The notes under the pieces are model-generated. The model saw only the letters and a program-made list of their open reading frames with translations. It was not told where the DNA came from and did no database searches. The position numbers and the translations under genes are program-made. This document shows, piece after piece, positions 1-8,276 of a stretch of DNA of 32,000 nt. The DNA comes from Candidatus Kuenenia stuttgartensis (lineage in GTDB: Bacteria; Planctomycetota; Brocadiia; Brocadiales; Brocadiaceae), in assembly GCF_900232105.1 (NCBI RefSeq), contig NZ_LT934425.1, forward strand, positions 3,900,001 through 3,932,000, written 5' to 3'. Each line of letters opens with the position of its first letter. Position 1 is the stretch's first letter.

Positions 1-413
1 TTGGGTTGAACTATCTTTTTGCAACAAGCACACCAGTAACCATGAACTGTATGTTCCGTCACAACAGGGTCAAGGCGTGGAATATCTTCGATGTATCGCT
101 TATAAGTTCTTACCGGTTTTTGTAATGGCTGGTGGCAATCAGGGCAACTCTCCATGGAATGCGTTTGATAGGCAGTTACTGTTTCAGGTCGTTTCCGGCA
201 AACTCCCTTATGTCCCTTTTTCCTGCCACAAGGCCGTTTTCTCTTTTTCTTTGTGGGCTTTAGATAGGGCGGTATCGAACCGGAAGGGGTAGTCGGACCC
301 GGTTTATCGCAAAGCCGGTCATATTTTTCTGCTTTCTCCGCCAGTATCAGGATGGCTTGAATCGCATCCTCTCTGTCCATCTCCAAAATAGCTATGGCTT
401 CATCCCTGGTCAC
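1..413 (-). CDS. IS66-like transposase, N-terminal part, truncated by window start (possible start GTG at 413 or ATG at 380 or 476)
   Basis: My minus-strand translation reads ...TVTRDEAIAILEMDREDAIQAILILAEKAEKYDRL...KKKRKRPCGRKKGHKGVCRKRPETVTAYQTHSMESCPDCHQPLQKPVRTYKRYIEDIPRLDPVVTEHTVHGYWCACCKKIVQP, typical of the IS66-type N-terminal zinc-binding region (CPDC...CACC). Confidence 0.75.
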   Translation of the reverse strand, partial: MTRDEAIAILEMDREDAIQAILILAEKAEKYDRLCDKPGPTTPSGSIPPYLKPTKKKRKRPCGRKKGHKGVCRKRPETVTAYQTHSMESCPDCHQPLQKPVRTYKRYIEDIPRLDPVVTEHTVHGYWCACCKKIVQP

Positions 414-1281
414 AGTCAAGAAACCTCCGAAAGTTTTTTTGAAGAGGGTAGAGGTAGAGATCCTTAGGTTGGCCATGATACAGATAGCGATTGCCCCGTT
501 TTGCGCTCCCTTTGGTTTTGCCAGCACGAATCCAATTGGCCGCCTGATAGCAGGTACCCTTAAACCGCGCGGTATCAACAAAGGTTTCGGCTAAATAAAC
601 GGGATGGCCGTAAACGGTATTCCAGTCATCTGACAGACGTCTGAGGGCAAGTGACAATACCTTGGATGCAAGGTGTTTGATCTTAACCCATGGTAGAATG
701 AGAAATCGTACGTTATTTGCAATCAAATGTAAGTGTGTACGTTTAGTCGTCTCATCCCATTCAATGAAACGATCACGGTCTTTGACTTTCCATGCGGCGC
801 TTGCCCACCCCAGGCAGGCAACAACCTGATTGCCTATACGTACGATGTGTCTGAGGTGTTCGCCAACAAGCCGGGGATTGCCGAGGTAGTGATAGTGTTG
901 GAAGAGATACTCCCAGAGATATCTTTCCTGAGGGTCTTTTACCACATGGATTGTCAGGTTTTCATACTCTGTGATTTTACCTTCTAGTGGTCTCCTGACG
1001 AAAAGGGGTGTCTGGACAAAGACCTTGGGTTTCAGATTGTTTTTGGCCCGTATACGTGGAGGAAGCGTTATCAATCCCTGTTCTTCTAATCTCAAAAGGA
1101 GGTCTCGTGCTGCGTATTCTTTATGTTTGCCATTGGGCTGCACCCAGTTCCAATGCTTGCATAGTTCGCAGGAAATATAAGTCCGACCTCTGAGAAAATG
1201 CTGCTCGATGAGCGCCTTTATAAAGGCGATATCGTCCGCATGCAGTTTTCGTGAACGGTATTGGAATATGATAGGCTTCAT
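400..1281 (-). CDS. DruA-like protein (DUF4338), probable IS-associated accessory protein
   Basis: 293-aa ORF with DUF4338-like blocks YHYLGNPRLVGEHLRHIV, LALRRLSDDWNTVYGHPVYLAETFVDTARFKGTCYQAANWIRAGKTKG. Overlaps the downstream transposase reading frame. Confidence 0.8.
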   Translation of the reverse strand: MKPIIFQYRSRKLHADDIAFIKALIEQHFLRGRTYISCELCKHWNWVQPNGKHKEYAARDLLLRLEEQGLITLPPRIRAKNNLKPKVFVQTPLFVRRPLEGKITEYENLTIHVVKDPQERYLWEYLFQHYHYLGNPRLVGEHLRHIVRIGNQVVACLGWASAAWKVKDRDRFIEWDETTKRTHLHLIANNVRFLILPWVKIKHLASKVLSLALRRLSDDWNTVYGHPVYLAETFVDTARFKGTCYQAANWIRAGKTKGSAKRGNRYLYHGQPKDLYLYPLQKNFRRFLDCDQG

Positions 1282-1362
1282 AAACTGTTTCCCTTTATTG
1301 AAGCCTTTTATACCACAAAGGAAAAACAGACGCCAGCTTTTTTTACCTTTTTTCGCTATTAA

Positions 1363-1386
1363 TTTTTCAAAGAACTAAAGTGTTAC
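1363..1386 (+). repeat. Probable terminal inverted repeat (outer end) of the DUF4338/IS66-like IS
   Basis: TTTTTCAAAGAACTAAAGTGTTAC, 82 bp outside the first ORF. Near-identical termini recur at 21716-21739, 21873-21886, 6689-6710 and 28090-28108. Confidence 0.55.
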
Positions 1387-1499
1387 AAAATATTACTATT
1401 GATCGAGAAAACTACCATACTTTTGCAAGGTGATTACGTACCGCGCCCGCTCTTCTTCTGTTTTCTATTTCTTTTTTACTGTTAAACTACTATTCCATG

Positions 1500-2110
1500 C
1501 ACAGTTTTAATCTTAGGATTCGTTCCTACGTTGCAAAAAAATCCTTTAACCAGTCATTATATCCGAGTATTCGATATACAATCTTACGCTCTGTCTTCAC
1601 TATTTGGCAGGGAATCATTATCAGGGTATTGAGAAACCGCCGAAATTCCATCTTTAACACCTGCCATCCCCTTTCTAAATTTGGCATCAATAATCCAAAC
1701 CATGCCTTGAAATTCCAGGCCTCGGTACGTTTCCCGGACGATTCTCAATATACAACACTTCCTTCGTGTTTGCCAATGACACAATAAATGGCGTATATCC
1801 CCATATCCCCTTGTGCGATATATTCATCCCCTCTTTACATTCTCCGTATGTCCCCACTATCGTTCCATCCACATCTATCAACGCTTCTTCCAATGCCTCT
1901 TTCCACCCTTCCTACCACACACGCTCTCATACCCTGTTGATAATCTCCATCAGCTCTCAATATCATTACGGTCAAACCGCCTTGTAAAATCTCTCGCCGT
2001 TGTAGGATCAGGTAGCTGGTAGGCTGGAGGCCATTAGCCTCCAACCCCCACTCGTCGCCAGATACTTTGGACAACGTGACAAAGCATCCTTTTTAAACCA
2101 TACGTCTTTC
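1500..2110 (-). pseudogene. Decayed IS1380-family transposase fragment
   Basis: Minus-strand fragments in different frames: PDPTTARDFTRRFDRNDIES near 1950-2010, then [51 protein letters not shown] (1687-1893), both characteristic of IS1380 transposases. Interrupted by frameshifts and stops. Confidence 0.75.
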
Positions 2111-2161
2111 TCGTAGTCAGCGACCCCGACGTGTTGCTCTATAACAGAGAAAAGTCAAACA

Positions 2162-2440
2162 TCATGCTTTAGCACACGCCTTAAGAAATTCTCTTTCGAA
2201 TGAGAGTAACCCCATTTTAAAGAATCGGTGAACAGGGAAACGCTTGTTGTCTGTTCTCCATTTTCTTGAGAACTTGAAACATCTCAGTCTCATGCGTACC
2301 CAACAGTCTAATGAGCGATATACCTTTTGTACATTGCCCAGCCGAAAATAGTTGACATGCCCACGAATTACAGGGTTTAATGTATCAACAATGGCTTGCA
2401 GATTGACGCCCTGTGTACGTCTGGTTGCTAAGCCCCACAA
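2162..2440 (-). pseudogene. C-terminal fragment of a group II intron reverse transcriptase/maturase
   Basis: IVDTLNPVIRGHVNYFRLGNVQKVYRSLDCWVRMRLRCFKFSRKW resembles the maturase X domain. The RT domain is absent and the frame ends upstream near the CHC2 gene. Confidence 0.75.
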
Positions 2441-2463
2441 TAAATGAACCTGGAATTCTCAGA

Positions 2464-2766
2464 TTAAGTGGAATTAATATATTGAGGTAAAACGGATTTT
2501 AGCAGATAGACAGCATCTGGGAAAGAGGAGTTGGAATCTACCATGACGATGTCGATGGTATTAAAGTTTTTTTTACAACGGAAACACCTGGCGAGGTTCG
2601 TATTTGGGTTGGTGGCGGAATTAAATTCAGAACAGAGAGGGCAGAGGAAGCGGAAATAGCCTTCGGAGTATTTATGAGGTATGGAGAGGACATCAGCGAT
2701 GAGTCGATCGATGGGGATATCGTTTCGTAATGAGCGCAAGAGTTGAGGGGAAAAGAGACGGGCCAT
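2464..2766 (-). CDS. CHC2-type zinc finger (DnaG primase-like Zn domain) protein, transposon-associated
   Basis: 100 aa with FRFLCPLCSEFNSATNPNTNLARCFRCKKNFNTIDIVM (CPLC...CFRC). GGAGG Shine-Dalgarno upstream; 11 nt after the AAA gene stop. Confidence 0.65.
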   Translation of the reverse strand: MARLFSPQLLRSLRNDIPIDRLIADVLSIPHKYSEGYFRFLCPLCSEFNSATNPNTNLARCFRCKKNFNTIDIVMVDSNSSFPDAVYLLKSVLPQYINST

Positions 2767-2777
2767 GGTAGACCTCC

Positions 2778-3569
2778 TTAAAAAGATTGAATTTCAGCAA
2801 GAGCCTGATGGAAGATATCCTGGGTAATTTTCTGTGATTGTCTGATGGAAGCGTTAATCAGGCAGGCGGTGGAAATGGCGTTGATTTGCCTTGGGATGCC
2901 GGCGGAGAACTCATGGATCAGGTCTTTGACGTCTGAGTCAAAGATTTTATCGGATGCGCCGGAAGATTTCAGATGGAAGTCTATGTATGCAGCGGTTTGA
3001 GTTTTAGTAAGGGGATGAATGTGGTAATGTACCGAGATGCGTTGTGCGAAGTCGGCATGGATGTCTCTTTTGAGGATATATTTGAGGTGTTCCTGTCCCG
3101 AGAGGATGATTTTGAGATGAGTGGAAGAATCAAGCGGAGAGCTGACAAGGAGTCTGAGGTCTGTGATGGCGTCGGTTTTCAGGAGATGAGCCTCGTCGAT
3201 AACGATAATGGGAGTGAGATTTGAGCGCAAGGATTTATCCATAATTTGGAGGAAGAGCCGGTCTTTGGTGTGTTTTGGTATTTCACCGAGCTGGGAGACG
3301 ATTAAGGAGAGAAGGCTGGATGATTTTAGGTGGGTAAAATGGAGGTAGATGGGGAGAAACAGGTTTTGGGGGATTTGTGAGAGGAAGAGTTTGAGGAGTG
3401 TGGATTTTCCGACTCCCGTCTGTCCGTAGAGGACGGCGATAGAGCCTGAGTGTAAGAGGTATTGGAGTCGTGCAAGCCCCTGGGTAAAGCGTTCGTCTTT
3501 CATGATAAGGCTGGTGTTGATTCTTTCAGAGAACGGCTGAGTAGTCATGGAAAAATGAGAAGTAAACAT
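2778..3569 (-). CDS. ExeA/TniB-like AAA+ ATPase, transposition-associated
   Basis: 263 aa with Walker A GQTGVGKST and Walker B IIVIDEAHLL; start MFTSHFSMTTQPFS is typical of ExeA-like ATPases. Confidence 0.8.
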   Translation of the reverse strand: MFTSHFSMTTQPFSERINTSLIMKDERFTQGLARLQYLLHSGSIAVLYGQTGVGKSTLLKLFLSQIPQNLFLPIYLHFTHLKSSSLLSLIVSQLGEIPKHTKDRLFLQIMDKSLRSNLTPIIVIDEAHLLKTDAITDLRLLVSSPLDSSTHLKIILSGQEHLKYILKRDIHADFAQRISVHYHIHPLTKTQTAAYIDFHLKSSGASDKIFDSDVKDLIHEFSAGIPRQINAISTACLINASIRQSQKITQDIFHQALAEIQSF

Positions 3570-3571
3570 GG

Positions 3572-5132
3572 TTAAGAGACCTCCTTTTTCGAGTAAGCGA
3601 TTTGTAATTCACGAATGATATAGGGTAAGGTTTTCACGGAGGCATTTTGGAATGCCTCCGTGAGCAATGATTCGTTGAGAGCGGGGATACGGTTGTAGCA
3701 TTTTTTAAGCGATTCGAGTTCATGAGAGCTGAAGGCGGAGAGAGAGCCTTTGTGTCCCATGAGGAGTGCGAGTTTCTGGACGAATGCCATGAATGGCCAG
3801 GGTCGTTCGGAGATGATTTGGTGGTAATCAATGCCTTTGGCCTGAGCCTGGAGAATGGATTTGTGTTTCTGAGTGATAAGGTCGAGGTAATTATGTTTTG
3901 GTTTTGAAGGTGAGGCGGCTGGAGTTTCAGCGCCCTGGTCGCGCAGGTAGAGATTTCCCGAGCCGAGGTATTCACCGTTTGCGGAATAGATCAAGACCTT
4001 TTTGAGATCGCCGTATGGGTCGTAACGGACTTCTACTTTATCGCCTCTGAGTTTGGGGTCAACACGGTAAAAGCGGTTATCAATGCGGACATCGGCAAAG
4101 GTTCTGTCAACGGTTCTGGGGATGCGTTTCATGAAGAAGGCAAGAGCGGCGTCCATATCGACGTGTCGGATGACGGTAAGCCCCTCGTCGTAGCGTTGTT
4201 TTGGAGATTGATTGGTTTCGGAGTGGATTCTTGCGTGATAGACAACGGCAAGGTAAGCGGAGAAGGCCTGGTTAATGGCATCAAGGGTGATAATGTCGCC
4301 GGAGCGGACTTCCGACTCGAACTATGTCTGGCTGGTGCCGAAGAAACGTTCGACCAGTCCGCCGGGAGCAGGGTCGCGTGGTGGTCTGTGGATGAGTTTA
4401 ATGCCGAGGTTGTAACAGGCAGAGCGCAGGGCGTCAGAGTGGTAGACCTTGGCATTGTCGAGGTAGAGTTCTTTGGGCGAGCCGTGGATAGTCCAGGCCC
4501 TGATGAGAGAATCGATAAGGATATCGAGGGTTTGTTTGAGATAATACCGTCCTTCGACCACATAACGGCTGTAGCAGTCGATAAAGAGACAGAGGTTTGT
4601 GGGAAGCGCCTCGCCGTCAACGAGCACGAAAGGGCCTTCCTGGAAGTCGCCAATCCAGAGGTCGTGGGTATGCTCACGGCTAAGAGCGTATACGCACCTT
4701 TTGCTGTGAGACGCCGAGTTTGAGCCGGGTCGCCCCTGCGAGTCTGAGATGGCGGTAGAGGGTGGATTTGGGGATCGTTTTCCCATAGTATTTCTCAAGA
4801 AAGCGGTTGAGGCAATCGTCGCTGCGGCGTGGTTGTTCTTTTTTGAGTTCAACGGCTTTGTCGATAATTTCAGGAGAAAACCTTCTGGATGCGCCACGGT
4901 CGCTCCTCGCCTTTCTTGCAAGAGATTGAAATCCATCTTTGCGGTAGCGGTTGAGTTTTCTCCTGAGGGTAGAGATAGTGGGTCTTTTCCGCTTTCCGTT
5001 GGGGAATACGACCTCCTGAAGGCAGAGTTTTTTCAGAAAAAGGTTGGTCTGCTCCTTCTCAATCTCACCGAAGATGACAGGATGCAGAAGATTGCACCAG
5101 AATAAAGCCCATTTTTCGTCTTTCGATTTCAT
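3572..5132 (-). pseudogene. DDE integrase-type (Mu/TniA-like) transposase, split into three ORFs
   Basis: ORF 4680-5132 carries the N-terminal HTH. ORF 4322-4936 carries the DDE core (WIGDFQEGP, LYLDNAKVYHS, GGLVERFFGT). The reading frame continues past TAG (4322-4324) as FESEVRSGDIITLDAINQAFSAYLAVVYHARIHSETNQSPKQRYDEGL into ORF 3572-4156. A +1 shift is needed near 4680 and one in-frame TAG must be bridged. Confidence 0.8.
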
Positions 5133-5135
5133 AAT

Positions 5136-5163
5136 TCACCTCCTTTTTTAAGTGTGGAGGTGA
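5136..5163 (-). promoter_or_regulatory. Hairpin sequestering the transposase ribosome-binding site
   Basis: mRNA sense (minus): TCACCTCC-acacttaaaaaa-GGAGGTGA-att-ATG. Perfect 8-bp arms; the 3' arm contains the GGAGG Shine-Dalgarno of the ORF starting at 5132. Confidence 0.65.
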
Positions 5164-5170
5164 TTGTAAC

Positions 5171-5809
5171 TCAAGACCAGCCGCTTTTTGTTGCCAGTTC
5201 GGGGAAAAATGAATGCCCAAAAATTCGGTGATATTCCGGCTCGGCGCTGAACAATTGAATCGATTGATCGAGGGAGGTTTTTCGTTGTTTGCTTTTATAC
5301 TTTCCGTGGTAAATGGGAAACATTTGGCGAAAAACCGGAGAGTTGGGGTCGGCCTGCCTGATGAGGTCAAAGGCGTTGCGGAGTGTGTATTTCAGTGAGC
5401 CAAAGAAACGCAGCCACCTCCAAACGGTTGACCAGGCAAGCATGCGGTTGTCTATTTCCTGTGTTCGGGTAGTATATCCGATGGCAGAGGAGACACTCCG
5501 GTAGGTTTCTGTATCATCTTTGACATAAGCCTGACTGAAGGAGAGACAGTGATCCTTTACGTACCGCTTGTAAGGGAGCGCATACTCAGGATAGGAAGTA
5601 AACGTCTTCTTGCACAAGGAACATTTCCAACGTCCCAGGAAAGATTCTATCGTATGAACAAGGGAGTCGATAATAACGTGAAACAACCGATATCTGCATT
5701 CATGAAGGGTGAAATTGACATGGGTACTCTTGCACTTTGGACAAAAGCATGGCTTCTGTTTTGTCGCAATAAGCTTTTCATGCTTGTGGATTTTTTCTAT
5801 AATATTCAC
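5171..5809 (-). CDS. Zinc-ribbon protein (DUF6431-like), first gene of the transposon operon, GTG start
   Basis: 212 aa with CFCPKCKSTHV...WKCSLCKKTFTSYP. GGAGG Shine-Dalgarno 6 nt before the GTG at 5809. Co-directional with the transposase, ATPase and CHC2 genes. Confidence 0.6.
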   Translation of the reverse strand: MNIIEKIHKHEKLIATKQKPCFCPKCKSTHVNFTLHECRYRLFHVIIDSLVHTIESFLGRWKCSLCKKTFTSYPEYALPYKRYVKDHCLSFSQAYVKDDTETYRSVSSAIGYTTRTQEIDNRMLAWSTVWRWLRFFGSLKYTLRNAFDLIRQADPNSPVFRQMFPIYHGKYKSKQRKTSLDQSIQLFSAEPEYHRIFGHSFFPELATKSGWS

Positions 5810-5838
5810 GCACTGCCTCCTTTGTATAGGGGGGAAAT

Positions 5839-5880
5839 GGGCAGGAGGATGAAGTTTCCCAACGTTCGGTCCTCCTGCCC
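5839..5880. other. Perfect 11-bp inverted repeat (20-nt loop) upstream of the zinc-ribbon gene
   Basis: GGGCAGGAGGA - tgaagtttcccaacgttcgg - TCCTCCTGCCC, followed on the plus strand by tgagtttttt. Confidence 0.7.
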
Positions 5881-5962
5881 TGAGTTTTTTATGTTCCGGA
5901 AAAATCTTACAAAACTTGTCCTCGTGAAAACGGGGAACTGGGAAGTAAACCGCCGTTAGGAA

Positions 5963-5992
5963 GTTTGGAAGTGGTTTTAACCCCTTCCAAAC
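5963..5992. other. Hairpin-forming inverted repeat
   Basis: GTTTGGAAGTGGTT-tt-AACCCCTTCCAAAC, 13 of 14 arm positions pair. Confidence 0.6.
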
Positions 5993-6688
5993 TATTTAAT
6001 GAGGCTTTACTCCGCCTTACGGACGTAACTTCTTTCTAACGGGGTAAACGATGTATTTTTCTTAACGTGAACAAAAAATCAAGTGAAATACTTACGCAGG
6101 ATAAAAAAAATGCGGGGTAGCTGGGTAAGATTTTTCAAATCATTTGCTGGGTATTAGACTCAAATATTCTGAGACTAATTGGGCATTTTTGGAGCATTTA
6201 TTCTAAGACGTAGCAACTGGTATGGAACCGATGGTTTTCTGGGACAGAAGATAAGTCAGGGGCGGTGAGAAAGTCTTTCACAAAGCCTTGATCCCGATGG
6301 GTGAATGGTGCGGATGAGAACGATACCAAAACAATTGCGAAATACCACGGGCGTAGATAAACGTGAACGGTATAGTCATTTTCGTAAACAGCAGTAAGAG
6401 CGATTCCGTACTTGGAGGGGTATTCAAAACGTGAAAATGTAGATATTTTTGCGACCGGAGATATTTTGTCCTTGACAAAAGCCTTCTAATGAGTGAACCC
6501 ACGAATGTAGTTTCCATCGCTATTACGTTCCCAAACAGATACTTCACTATGTTCAGTACAAGGTTTGAGAACGAGTTGTGCTTCGGTAGTTTAATAGATT
6601 ACGCTGAATAGTTACGGAAATTGTGGGGTGGGTAAAAATTAATGCTGTTGCGTTTCTGTCTTTTAAAACGCAACCCAATTTAAATATG

Positions 6689-6710
6689 TTTCAAAAAACT
6701 AAATTGCTAC
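6689..6710 (+). repeat. Solo copy of the shared terminal sequence
   Basis: TTTCAAAAAACTAAATTGCTAC; reverse complement GTAGCAATTTAGTTTTTTGAAA differs at 1 of 22 positions from 21716-21737. Confidence 0.5.
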
Positions 6711-7086
6711 AAAAATAATTATTTCTTTACTTTTTTATAAAGCGCAGATATAAGCAATTTATAATAAATCATACAAATAGTACTTTTTCGCTTCAATTTA
6801 GTCCGAAAATAGGTTTTTACCCTCCCTTGTGAGACTGTTTTAGGCTATGAAGGTTTCACCTGTAGTTTTCATTTCGACCAAAGGATAAATCCTGAAGAGT
6901 CCTCGCTCGTTCGGAGTTCCGAATGGCAGATTAAAGGGATGTTTCTTTCTCCTTTGTGACCGAAAGTAATGGATTTTTAGTAGAGAGAGAACTATTAATA
7001 GAACATTTCTGACATACCCATTATATAAACTGTCTGTACCTTTTATCATTTCTTTTACATATTTCACAGGGATAAACTGTTTTTAC

Positions 7087-8196
7087 ATGATTCAAGAGAT
7101 TACATTAGAACATCTGGACGAGTTGGAAGAACTTGAAAATAAGAGTTTTGCCACAGATAGACTGTCGCGCAGGAATTTCCGGTATCTTCTGACAAAAGCA
7201 AATGCAATAACCCTTGCGGAGATAGTCGATAATGCCATTCGGGGCTACTCTATCATACTCTACAATACCGGTACATCATTAGCCAGGCTCTATTCGTTTG
7301 CAGTTGACCCTGATTTTAGAAATCAGGGCATTGGCAAACAACTTCTCGAGGCTTCAGAAAAAGCCGCAATTGATTACGATTGTATTTCCATGAGGCTTGA
7401 AGTGAGAGAAGACAATTATAACGCAATACAGTTTTACAAAAAAAACGGATATAAGCAAATAGGGGTTATTGACGATTATTATGAGGATCATATGGACGCT
7501 ATTCGCTTTGAAAAGCTTTTAGCGCCACATCTTAAGCTGGAAATGGTACATGTTCCTTATTACAGGCAGACATTAGATTTTACTTGCGGCCCTTCAGTAT
7601 TGATGATGGCAATGAAGGCGCTGGACACCTCTGTAGAGATAAACCGTCAAATGGAATTAAGGATTTGGCGTGAATCTACTACCATTTTTATGACGTCTGG
7701 GTATGGTGGTTGCGGGCCTTACGGCCTTGCACTAGCTGCCTTTCGAAGAGGTTTTGACGTTGAAGTGTATGTAAATGAAAGCAGTGCGTTTTTTATTGAT
7801 TCGGTAAGAAGCCCGTATAAAAAAGAGGTGATACAACTTGTTCAGGAAGATCTTCTTGAAGAACTTAGTCAATTACCTATCGAATTAAAATATAAAACAT
7901 TAAGCGTATCTGAAATTCAGGAAAAGTTTGATAAGGGTGGTATTCCTATTGTCCTGATAAGCTCTTATCGAATTTACCGTGAAAAATTTCCTCACTGGGT
8001 GGTAGTTACCGGCTTTGATGAAAAATATATTTATGTGCATGACCCATTTGTAGATGTAGAGGTTTATAAAACAGAAACAGACTGTATTAACATGCCCATT
8101 TTGAAAAAGGATTTTGAACGGATGGCAAAATATGGAAAATCAGGGCAAAAATCAGTAATCATTGTAAAAAAGAAGAAGGCAAACATCCTATCTTAA
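7087..8196 (+). CDS. GNAT acetyltransferase (RimI-like) fused to a papain-like/C39-family peptidase domain
   Basis: N-terminus: LARLYSFAVDPDFRNQGIGKQLLEASEKAA...AIQFYKKNGYKQIG. C-terminus: VPYYRQTLDFTCGPSVLMMAMKAL (Cys), FPHWVVVTGFDEKYIYVHDPF (His/Asp). Confidence 0.85.
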   Translation: MIQEITLEHLDELEELENKSFATDRLSRRNFRYLLTKANAITLAEIVDNAIRGYSIILYNTGTSLARLYSFAVDPDFRNQGIGKQLLEASEKAAIDYDCISMRLEVREDNYNAIQFYKKNGYKQIGVIDDYYEDHMDAIRFEKLLAPHLKLEMVHVPYYRQTLDFTCGPSVLMMAMKALDTSVEINRQMELRIWRESTTIFMTSGYGGCGPYGLALAAFRRGFDVEVYVNESSAFFIDSVRSPYKKEVIQLVQEDLLEELSQLPIELKYKTLSVSEIQEKFDKGGIPIVLISSYRIYREKFPHWVVVTGFDEKYIYVHDPFVDVEVYKTETDCINMPILKKDFERMAKYGKSGQKSVIIVKKKKANILS

Positions 8197-8219
8197 TGGG
8201 AATATTCAGGAGACATGCC

Positions 8220-8276
8220 GTGAAACTATTATATTACCTTATTTTGGAATACTTATTACATTTCGATAAAAAATAA
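8220..8276 (+). CDS. 18-codon micro-ORF MKLLYYLILEYLLHFDKK
   Basis: GTG start 7 nt after AGGAG (8208-8212); stop TAA 8274-8276 overlaps the ATG of the next gene (TAATG). Confidence 0.45.
   Translation: MKLLYYLILEYLLHFDKK

Noticed and set aside
1-1281. Druantia anti-phage system
   Set aside because: Only a DruA-like protein is present. No DruE-type helicase or other Druantia genes are visible, and the adjacent gene is a transposase, so an IS accessory role fits better.
4676-4690. Programmed +1 frameshift in the transposase
   Set aside because: Not rejected outright, but it is not a known slippery context and there is a second independent nonsense codon downstream, so pseudogenisation is more likely. 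Left as a low-key finding.
4163-4723. Plus-strand 186-aa ORF opposite the transposase
   Set aside because: It overlaps the recognisable DDE core on the minus strand and has no family resemblance. The same applies to 4749..5105, 2973..3224 and minus ORF 4129..4677 in the wrong frame.
5549-5959. Plus-strand 136-aa ORF
   Set aside because: Antisense to the start of the zinc-ribbon gene, with no RBS or domain signal; a shadow ORF.
5945-6049. Right end of the four-gene transposon in the imperfect inverted repeat GTAAACCGCCGTTAGGAAG / CTTTCTAACGGGGTAAAC
   Set aside because: I could not find a matching sequence near the left boundary (about 2440-2466), so it cannot be assigned as the element terminus.
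6278-7067. Minus-strand ORFs 6278..6547 and 6840..7067
   Set aside because: Low-complexity hydrophobic or basic translations without recognisable domain or RBS; treated as intergenic or decayed DNA.
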